From positions 427,309-491,308 of the forward strand of contig CAVPQW010000005.1 in assembly GCA_963707645.1 (NCBI GenBank): a DNA stretch of 64,000 nt. Reading direction: 5' to 3'. The number at the start of each line of letters is the position of its first letter. The first letter of the stretch is position 1. This document shows positions 36,991-45,116 of the stretch, in pieces. Position numbers and translations under genes: made by a program. The notes under the pieces were generated by a model, which did no database searches, was not told the DNA's origin, and saw only the letters and a program-made list of their open reading frames with translations. This stretch comes from an uncultured Actinomycetes bacterium (GTDB taxonomy: Bacteria; Actinomycetota; UBA4738; JACQTL01).

Positions 36991-38479
36991 CCGGCCCCGC
37001 GCCATCCGCACGGCCTGCACCATCGCCCACACCAGCGCCACGAGCATCACCGGCCCGACCACGTCGTGCCCGACCGCCAGCACGAACCGGTACTGCGCCG
37101 AGTGCAGCGCCGGCTCCGCGATGGAATGGGTCACGGCCAGCAGGCACGACAGCGCGACGACCACGACTCGGCCGCCCTTCGGCAGGAACCACGCCACCGG
37201 CAGGGCCCAGGCCACGTACCACGGGAGCAGGACCGGAGCGGCCAGGATGAACACGACGAGCGCCCATGCCCAGCCGGCGCCCTCCGCCGGCGCCGTCCAT
37301 CCCGGCCCGGCCCGGAACCGCCGCACGACGGCCACGCAGAGCAGCGCCAGCCCGGCTACCGCGGCGGCCGTCATGGCCGACCGGATCACGGCCTCGACGG
37401 CGGTCCGGCCGCCCTCGCCCCACAGGCTCTCGCCGATCCCGCCCAGGGTGGCCAGCAGCAGTCGCGTCGCCGTCACCCAGCCCCGGTGCGTGGCCAGCTC
37501 GGAGAGCCCGAGCGTCGGGTTCTCCGTCGTCCAGTACGGCAGCGCGAAGACCGCGGCGAGCCCGACGACCACGGCGAGCTCCAGCACGAACAGCCGAACC
37601 CGGGCTCCCAGCCGGGCGCGCGGCCAGACTCGCGACCACGGCGAGCACGAGCGCCGGGCCCGCGCTCGCCTTGATCAGGGTTCCCAGCGTGAGCAGCGCG
37701 ATGGCGAGCAGCTCGTGCCGCGGCCACCCGGCCGGCGCCGGCACGTCCGGCGCCCGCCACCGCTCGAACACCCCGCCCCGCACCAGCACCGCCAGCGCCC
37801 CCGCGACGCAGGCGGCCACGAGCAGATCGTTGTGCCCCCCGCCGACGGCGTAGGCGACGATCGCCGGGTTCCAGCCGAAGAGCACGAGCGCGAACGCGGC
37901 CCGCCCCGGCGCGACCCGCTTGGCCGTCCACGCGAGCACCAGCAGCGTTCCCACCGCCGCCAGCCCGGCGATGATCTTGAACGCCCACACCATCGCGATC
38001 GGGCTCGAGAACGCCCGGGCCAGCGCACCCGAGAGCATCGTGAACGCCGGCCCGTACACGGCCGGGGTGTCGCGCCAGACCGACCCGATCACGGGAAACA
38101 GCTCATCCGACCGGAAGTGCTCGGGCGTCGCGAGGTACGGGTTCTGATGGTAGACGGCGTCGATCCGCCCGTACATCGAATAGGAGTAGACGTCCCGCGA
38201 CAGCAGCAGCGGCGTCAGCACGACCACGGAGACCTGGAACGCGACCGCGAGCCACAGCACCTTCCGCACCGAGAGCCGCCCGAGCCACGCCTCGCGCAAT
38301 CCGAACAGGAACGCCGCGCCCCACGCCGCCATCAGGACGATGGACAGCCCGGCGCCGGCGGTGCGCGACCACCCACCCAGGCCGAGCCCGTCCGCGAGGC
38401 CGGCGAGTGGCGCCGGGGGGCCCCCGCCGTGAACCAGGACCGGCGTGATCGGCGACGGCCGCATGCCGGCGACGATCAC
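36910..38479 (-). pseudogene. GT-C-type polyprenol-phosphate-mannose-dependent mannosyltransferase-like membrane protein (MptB/DUF2029-like), one apparent +1 frameshift; N-terminus uncertain
   Basis: 'LLLSRDVYSYSMYGRIDAVYHQNPYLATP' first-loop motif, 'FGWNPAIVAYAVGGGHNDLL'. Junction ~37597-37604 joins '...VVASLAARPAGSP' to 'VRLFVLELAVVVGLAAVFALPYW...'. A TM-like stretch upstream of GTG 38479 hints at a further 5' problem. Confidence 0.65.
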
Positions 38480-38710
38480 GGTGGCCGCGACGGCGACGAC
38501 GATGGCGGAGACGGCGAGATCTGCGGAGAGCGGGCGGGTGCGGGTCGCCGGGCGCCGTTCGGAGCACGAAGTCGGGACCGTTCCCGCGCCGTGGTCACGT
38601 CCGGCGACTGTAGCAGCGGGTTCCGCCCGGAGAGTTCCTCCGTGACGGGAGCGGATCGGGTGTCGAGCTCGGGCGAGCCGGGCGATGTGGGCGCGCCGAT
38701 GCCGGAACGA

Positions 38711-39782
38711 TCAGTCCGGCGGACAGATCACCTGGAGGTACGCGAAAGGGTCCACGGCGCCGTTGGTGTCGGCGAGCTGCCGATCGTAGGCGGCGACGTG
38801 GTTGGGGTGCCACTCGAAGTGGTCGTGCGGCGAGGTGCCGATGGCGTCCCCGGTGTTCCCGACGAACCCGACCACGGTCCCGGCCTTCACGTCCTGCTCG
38901 GTGATCCCGTACGCCACGAGGTGTGCCATGTAAACGTAGCCTTGGGCGCCGTGGACCTTCACGGCGTTTCCGCCGAGCGTGTTCGGCACGCGTTCCACGT
39001 AGCCGTCGAACGGCGCGACGATCGGCGTCCCCTCCACGGCGAAGATGTCCACGCCCGCGTGCGGGTGGTAGCCGCCCGCGTAGCGCGGGGCGCCGTAGCT
39101 GTCCGAGTACGACCACTTGCCCTGGACCGGGCAGATCGTGAACGGGAATCCGATGGGCAGAACGGTCGAGTTGTACTTCGCGCCCTCGACCGTCTCCCGC
39201 GAGATCAGCGAGGCGAGATCGAGCGAGTTCTCGGGCGGCGTGCCGGATCCGATGCTGCCCTCGATGTCGGGAGTGCCGGGGTTCGCGCCGTCGTCGCCGC
39301 GGATGCGGTTGCCGCTCTTCCCGTCCTTCTTCGTTCCCGAGGAACCCGTGCCGGAGCCCGTTCCTTTGCCGTCTGAGCTTTGAGATCCGTCGCCGACGTG
39401 TCGACGAGGAATCCTTCGAGCCGTCCTTCGTCGATCCGGAACTCGAGCCGTCATGCGTCGAGCCCGAGCCGGAACCCCGCTTGTTCGTCTTGAAGATCTC
39501 CGACAGCGCGACCGATCCGGAGCCGCCCTGGACGTCGGCGTTCTCCGGGCCCTCGAGGCCGTCGCCGACCGGGTGGTGGGCCCGGGTGGTGGTGATGTGC
39601 CCCGACCCGGCGACCGGGCTCGCGTTCACCAGGGGCACGGTGACGGCAGCGGGTTCATGCGCTTGCACGACCGGGTCTCGGTGGACGCCCGGGTACTGGC
39701 CGCAGGCGGAGCCGACGACGGCCGCGACGACCGCGACGCCGACAATGCCGGCCGGGCGGAGGCGCGAACGCCTGCGCCGCAC
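38711..39782 (-). pseudogene. M23 (LytM-type) metallopeptidase lipoprotein, one apparent +1 frameshift in the low-complexity linker
   Basis: GTG 39782 'MRRRRSRLRPAGIVGVAVVAAVVGSACG' lipoprotein signal, then a Ser/Gly/Lys/Asp linker. Catalytic domain 'GGYHPHAGVDIFAVEGTPIVAPFDGYV...GNTGDAIGTSPHDHFEWHP' (HxxxD...HxH). Junction ~39395-39405. Confidence 0.8.
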
Positions 39783-39786
39783 TGAT

Positions 39787-40030
39787 GTCGGCCGGGTGAT
39801 CCGTTCGGTGGTGGAGACGTGACGGGCGGAGCGCGAGCGCCCCGGTCCCCCTCGTCCCAGGAGCATGGCGAGGTGGAGATTCCCGCGCGGGCCGCGGCCG
39901 AAACCTCCGTCCACCCCGAACGCGTCCGCGCCCTGCCGAACCGGTCGGTTTGCGAGGGTTCCTGACGGGGAAAGGTCGGCCCGCAACCGCCTGCCGGTGC
40001 CCGCCGTCCTTTCGGCTTCTCCGGCCCGAC
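39787..40030 (-). promoter_or_regulatory. Candidate structured 5' leader / c-di-AMP (ydaO-type) riboswitch upstream of the M23 peptidase gene
   Basis: On the minus strand, 5' GUCGGGCCGG (40030-40021) can pair with CCGGCCGAC (39795-39787), 4 nt before the GTG start. Internal blocks are GAAGCCGAAAGGACGGCGGGCACC, CCCCGUCAGGAACCCUCGCAAACCG, GGGAAUCUCC...GGGACGAGGGGGACC and CGCCCGUCACGUCUCC. They resemble ydaO consensus blocks (AAUCC..ACGGxGGxACC; CCCGUCAGCUAACCUCG) as I recall them. Not verified by a covariance model. Confidence 0.35.
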
Positions 40031-40142
40031 ACGAGACAGATGGAGAAGGGCCGGATCGCGCTCACGAGGACGGGCACCGACATCCTGGAACGCGGCGAGT
40101 TCCGCAGCGCATGCCTCGGCGCATCGAGCGCGGCATAAGTCC

Positions 40143-40535
40143 TTACACGTCGAGCGGCTTCGACCACGGCGCCCGCCATTCCGCGGGCTCCTCGTACGGC
40201 GACGTTACCCACAGCTCGTGCAGCCGCACGACCTTCCCCCCGGGGCCGAACTCGAAGAACGAGGCGGCGAAGAACACTTCGTCGTCCTGGTCGACGCGGA
40301 CCTCCGAGATGGCCAGACTCCCTTGCGCCGCAACGCGGAGCACCGTGATGTGCCACCCCTCGGGATACGCGCGGTTCATCTCGATGAAAGCGTCGCCCCC
40401 CTCGAACCGCTCCCGGGAGTGCGGCCACTCGGCGACGCATTCCTCGTCGAGCAGCGTCCGCGCCGCGTCCCAGTCCCGAGCCTCGATCGACTCCCAGAAC
40501 GAACGAACAGCCGTGGACAACGCTCCCGGTTCCAT
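40143..40535 (-). CDS. NTF2/SnoaL-like fold protein
   Basis: ATG 40535. 'AVRSFWESIEARDWDAARTLLDEECVAEWP...' is the typical SnoaL-like opening; ~130 aa. Confidence 0.7.
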   Translation of the reverse strand: MEPGALSTAVRSFWESIEARDWDAARTLLDEECVAEWPHSRERFEGGDAFIEMNRAYPEGWHITVLRVAAQGSLAISEVRVDQDDEVFFAASFFEFGPGGKVVRLHELWVTSPYEEPAEWRAPWSKPLDV

Positions 40536-40729
40536 CGCCCAAGGATCGTGCCACGTCGGGGTGACATGCCCACCGCATGGGACAGCGCTCACGCCCCCCA
40601 TCATCTGAGACGTCCCCATGGGGGGTCCGAAGGCTCATGCCGCGACGGCCTCGGCCTGTTCGAGGATCAATCGAATCCGCCCACGGGCCCCACCCGTAGT
40701 ACCGGCGACCCGACTGATTGGAGGTCGCC

Positions 40730-41224
40730 ATGAAGCGGTCCCTACCGCTGCTCCTCGCTCTCCTGGTGGGAATGACCATCGCTCTGACATTGCCCGCGTC
40801 GGGAACGGGGCGCGATGTCTACCGCTCCGACCTGATCGGTTCGCCCGGTGCGAACCGGCCCGTTCGGACTGTGAACTCGGGCGGCGTTGCCTGGGTGGTC
40901 TCGGCCGGAAGTGAAACGAGACTGACGGGGGACGGCCGGCTCCGAGCCGACATCAGGGGCCTGCTCATCACCGGCACCGGCGGTGCGCTCGACGGGACTG
41001 TTGGCCCCGTCACCCAGGTCGTGGCGGCGCTGACCTGCACCAACCCCACCTCGGGTGACGCAGGCGCACCGAGCATCGTTGCCACCGTTCCCGCACCATT
41101 GTCGGCGGCCGGGAACGCGAGGATCGACGATCGCATCTCGATTCCCATGCCGTGCATCGCGCCGATCGTGCTCATCCGGGCGAACGCGGCCGCAGGGCCT
41201 TGGATCGCAGGAAGCGGCTTCTGA
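40730..41224 (+). CDS. Secreted protein, function unknown
   Basis: RBS ggagg before ATG 40730. Signal 'MKRSLPLLLALLVGMTIALTLPASG'. Beta-rich with two Cys. Confidence 0.65.
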   Translation: MKRSLPLLLALLVGMTIALTLPASGTGRDVYRSDLIGSPGANRPVRTVNSGGVAWVVSAGSETRLTGDGRLRADIRGLLITGTGGALDGTVGPVTQVVAALTCTNPTSGDAGAPSIVATVPAPLSAAGNARIDDRISIPMPCIAPIVLIRANAAAGPWIAGSGF

Positions 41225-41240
41225 GATCGAAATAGGGCGT

Positions 41241-42377
41241 TCAGGTTCGGGGGGCCGGCGACTCCGCGAAGAGATGGAGACGCTCGGCCATCGTTGCGGC
41301 CTCGACGCGGCGTTCGACCGCCATCTTGGACAGGATGTTGGACACGTGGGCGCCGGCGGTCTTCGCGCTGATGAACAGCTCGGCGGCGATCTGCTTGTTG
41401 GTGTAGCCCTGGGCGACCAGGCGCAACACCTCGCGCTCGCGTGGGGTGAGCCCCAGGTCCTCGGCGTCCGCCGTGTCTGTCGGTCGCGTTCCCTGGCGTG
41501 ACCCGATCCCGGTCTCCTCCAGGAAGGCCTGGACGGCCTCGACGATCGCATCCTGGTCGCCCGCCCACATCAGGTGGTCGATCCCGGCGAGCTCGACGAA
41601 CCGGGCGCCGGGGATCCCCTCCGCGAGCTTCCTGCCCTGGCGGATCGGGCACCACGAGGTCGCCCGTCCGGTGCAGGACCAGCGTGGGGACTCGGATCAG
41701 CCGAAGGGTCGCCTCCCAGTCGATCTGGTAGCCGAGCTTCATCAGCGATCTGGCGGACCCCGGGCTCACGCCGGAGCGCGTGAGACGGAGGTACGCGGCC
41801 TTCGTGAGTTCGTCGTCGCTGAGGCTCGGCGCCCAGAAGGCGATCCCCACGCCCTCGGTCCCCCATTCCCGCTCCACGCGGTCCAGGGCGAGCTCCTCGT
41901 TCCCCGCGAGGCGCGCGAGGAGCCCGGTGTCGGGCGCAAGCTTCCCGAAGGTCCCGTAGAGCACCAGCGCGGCCGCCCGGTCCGGGTACGTGGCGGCGAA
42001 CAGGCCGCACATGGCACCGCCGCCAAGCGTCCCGAACAGGACCGCTCGCTCGGACCCCACCGCGTCCAGCACGGCGAGGACGTCCTCCATGCGCTGCTCG
42101 AGCCGGGGCAGCGTTTCGGGGTTCACCCGGTCCGAGAGCCCGGTTCCCCGCTTGTCGAACAGGACCAGCCGGGAGAAGGAGGCCAGCTTCTCGAGGAAAC
42201 GGGCGAGCGGCGGGACGTCCCAGGCCAGGTCCAGGTGGGTCACCCAGCCCGGCGAGAGGATGAGGTCGATGGGCCCGTCGCCCAGCGTCTGGTACGCGAT
42301 GTTGAAGCTGCCGACCTTCGCGTACCGGGTCTTCAGGTTCGGGGGGAACCACCGGCGAAGGTCACGCTCGCTCGCAT
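41241..42377 (-). pseudogene. Alpha/beta-hydrolase-fold domain fused to LuxR-type HTH regulator; two apparent frameshifts (-1 in a homopolymer run, +1) as sequenced
   Basis: ATG 42377 'MRASVTFAGGS' shifts into 'PPNLKTRYAKVGSFNIAYQTLGDGPIDLILSPGWVTHLDLAWD...FDKRGTGLSD...' at plus-strand G6 run 42341-42346. A second junction at ~41645-41651 leads into 'IRQGRKLAEGIPGARFVELAGIDHLMWAGD...LTPREREVLRLVAQGYTNKQIAAELFISAKTAGAHVSNILSKM'. Confidence 0.8.
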
Positions 42378-42633
42378 CTCACGGCCACGCGCGGGAGTAG
42401 ACCACGCACGGCGGCAAAATATGAAGGCCACACTTGGTCCGTGTTCCATAGGGAAGACGATCCCGTTCGCACCTCCGCGTCGGTCATCTGCCCAGGTCCA
42501 AACGCGGCGAATGCCCGATTGCCCGCGAACAGCGCACGGCATCAGGCTGAACAGGCAGGGCAGGCGCGCGCCGGACGTCACCGGCTTCCCGCGGCGTGAC
42601 CGGAGCCCGTGGGCCGGTTCGAAAGGAGATGCC

Positions 42634-44007
42634 ATGACCAAGTCGACGCTCGAGGGGCTCCGCGAGCAGGCTCGCGGGGAGGTGATCGCGCCCAGCGACG
42701 AGGGCTACGACGCGGCGCGAAAGGTCTTCAACGCCATGATCGACCGGAAGCCGCAGGTGATCGTCCGCGCGGCGCACGCCGGGGACGTCATCGCCGCCGT
42801 CGACTTCGCACGCGAGGTGGGCCTCGACCTGGCGGTACGTGGCGGCGGCCACAGCGTCCCGGGTTTCGGCACGGTCGACGACGGCGTCGTGATCGACCTG
42901 TCGCCGATGCGCGCCGTTCGGGTCGATCCCACGGAGCGGCTGGCGCGCGTCGAGGGCGGGGCGACGTGGGGCGACATGAACGACGCGACGCACGAGTTCG
43001 GACTCGCGACCACGGGCGGCGTCGTCTCCACGACGGGGGTCGGGGGACTCACGCTGGGTGGCGGCATCGGCTACCTGGCCCGCGGCTACGGCCTTTCCTG
43101 CGACAACCTGGTCTCGGCGGACGTCGTCACGGCCGACGGCCGTTCGCTCGTGGCCAGCGAGCAGGAGAACGAGGACCTGTTCTGGGCGATCCGAGGCGGG
43201 TCCGGCAACTTCGGGGTCGTCACCTCCTTCGAGTTCCGCCTCCATCCGGTGAAGGACGTCTACGGAGGGCCGATGTTCTTCGACCTCGCCGACGCCCGCG
43301 CGGTCCTCGAGTTCTACCGCGAGTTCATCGCCGAAGCCCCCCGTGAGTTCGGCGGGTTCCCTGCGTGGCAGATCGCGCCGCCGCTCCCGTTCGTTCCGGA
43401 GGACCGGCACGGCGACACGATGCTCGCGTTCGTGGCGTGCTGGGCCGGCGACGTCGACCGGGGTGAGGAGATCCTGAAGCCGTTGCACGACGTCGCCCCC
43501 GTGGTCGCGGAGCACGTCGGGGCGATGCCGTACCCGGCGCTCAACAGCGCGTTCGACGGGCTCTACCCCCCGGGCGCGCTGCAGCACTACTGGAAGGCGA
43601 ACTTCGTGAAGGAGCTCACCGACGAAGCCATCGCCGCCCACCTCGAGCACGGTCCGCGCGTGCCGGTGGTGAACTCCACGGTGCACATCTATCCGATCAA
43701 CGGCGCCTGTCACGACGTGGCTTCCGACGCGACGGCGTTCGCCTACCGCGACGCGAACTTCGCGACGGTGATCGCCGGCATGTGGCCGGACCCGGCCGAC
43801 AACGAGGCGAACACCACGTGGGTTCGCGACTACTACGAGGCGACGGCGCCGCTGTCCGAGCCCGGCGGCTACATCAACTTCATGTCCGGCGACGATCAGG
43901 ATCGGATCAAGGCGAACTACCGGGGCAACTACGACCGGCTGGTGCAGGTCAAGCGGGTGTACGACCCGGACAACCTGTTCCACGTGAACCAGAACATCGG
44001 GGCGTAG
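42634..44007 (+). CDS. FAD-binding oxidoreductase, BBE/VAO family
   Basis: RBS gaaaggag before ATG 42634. 'AVRGGGHS', 'GGVVSTTGVGGLTLGGGIGYLARGYGL', C-terminal 'NYDRLVQVKRVYDPDNLFHVNQNI' BBE tail. Confidence 0.9.
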   Translation: MTKSTLEGLREQARGEVIAPSDEGYDAARKVFNAMIDRKPQVIVRAAHAGDVIAAVDFAREVGLDLAVRGGGHSVPGFGTVDDGVVIDLSPMRAVRVDPTERLARVEGGATWGDMNDATHEFGLATTGGVVSTTGVGGLTLGGGIGYLARGYGLSCDNLVSADVVTADGRSLVASEQENEDLFWAIRGGSGNFGVVTSFEFRLHPVKDVYGGPMFFDLADARAVLEFYREFIAEAPREFGGFPAWQIAPPLPFVPEDRHGDTMLAFVACWAGDVDRGEEILKPLHDVAPVVAEHVGAMPYPALNSAFDGLYPPGALQHYWKANFVKELTDEAIAAHLEHGPRVPVVNSTVHIYPINGACHDVASDATAFAYRDANFATVIAGMWPDPADNEANTTWVRDYYEATAPLSEPGGYINFMSGDDQDRIKANYRGNYDRLVQVKRVYDPDNLFHVNQNIGA

Positions 44008-44079
44008 GAAACCAGGGCGCCACCGGCGCGGGGTACAGGGTCCGACGTCAGTGGGAGCAGACGCGTCCGGTCGTCGTCG

Positions 44080-45078
44080 TCAGACCGTCGCGGGTTCCTC
44101 CACTCGCGCTTGCGAGGACGCGGACTCGTCCCCGGACGACTCCGAGTCGGCGACTTCCGGCACGGCGTCCGGGTCGCACACGCGGCACGGCGACAGGTCC
44201 GAGCGCCTGGCCGCTTCGATCGGCATGCGGTCGAGGCCTTCCTTGCCCTGCACCAGCCGGCAGTCCGGGCGGTGATAGGTCGACGGTCCGGCCACCACCG
44301 TGTTCGGCGGCGGAGCCGCCGGGCTGCCGAGCTGCGACAGCGCGTCGGTCTTCTCGGGATCGCCGGCGGTCCGGCCGACGGCGACCGCCATGACCTCGAG
44401 GACGTTCATCAGCTTGCGGCGCTCCGTCCGGATCTGCGCGATCAGCAGCAGCGCGACCGAGAGCAGGATCAGCGCCATGCCGCCGAACCCGCCGGAGAGG
44501 AGATACGGCAGCTGCTCGTCGGTTGAGGCCACCTTGGCCATGCCGTTCCAGCCAAGCACGATCATGGCGAACCCGGCGAACGCGAAGACGAGCGCCAGGA
44601 TGCGCGCGCCCCTCACCGGGAGGCCGAAGTGCTCCTCCTCCTGCTCGCCGCGCTCGGCGGCGGCATCCTCGACCTGCTGCCTGGCGCGCGCGGCGAGGGT
44701 TCCGCCCATGAGGTCGAGCACGCGCGAGACGCGCTGGCGTTCGGCCCGGATCTGCGCGATGAGCAGCAGCCCGACGCCGAACGTCAACAGGGCGATGCCG
44801 GCCGCGCCCCCGGAGAGCAGATAGGGCAGCTGCGAGTCGGCGGAGGCCTGGCGGGCGGCGCCGTTCCAGCCGACGGCGATCGCCGCGCCCCCTGCGATGC
44901 AGAACAGCAGGGCCAGAATGCGGGCTGATCGAACCTGCCGGTCGGCGGTCACGAAGACATCCCTCCCCTCGGATTCAACGGATCGAGGATTGCGGTCACG
45001 GTGGGGAAACCCGGCTTCCTTGTACCCCTCGGAGGGCTCGCTCACACGCGTTTCCGCAGGCAGGGACCGCAGGCGCAA
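44080..45078 (-). CDS. Membrane protein with internally duplicated two-TM module and C-terminal Cys/His Ada-like zinc-ribbon motif
   Basis: Two copies of 'ARILAL.F..AG.A.I..GWNG.A..AS.D.QLPYLLSGG..G.AL.....LLLIAQIR.ER'. C-terminus 'YHRPDCRLVQGKEGLDRMPIEAARRSDLSPCRVCDP'. The start is uncertain. Confidence 0.65.
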   Translation of the reverse strand: MRLRSLPAETRVSEPSEGYKEAGFPHRDRNPRSVESEGRDVFVTADRQVRSARILALLFCIAGGAAIAVGWNGAARQASADSQLPYLLSGGAAGIALLTFGVGLLLIAQIRAERQRVSRVLDLMGGTLAARARQQVEDAAAERGEQEEEHFGLPVRGARILALVFAFAGFAMIVLGWNGMAKVASTDEQLPYLLSGGFGGMALILLSVALLLIAQIRTERRKLMNVLEVMAVAVGRTAGDPEKTDALSQLGSPAAPPPNTVVAGPSTYHRPDCRLVQGKEGLDRMPIEAARRSDLSPCRVCDPDAVPEVADSESSGDESASSQARVEEPATV

Positions 45079-45116
45079 CGCGAACCGAAACGGGCGGCCC
45101 GTCGAACCATCAGTCG

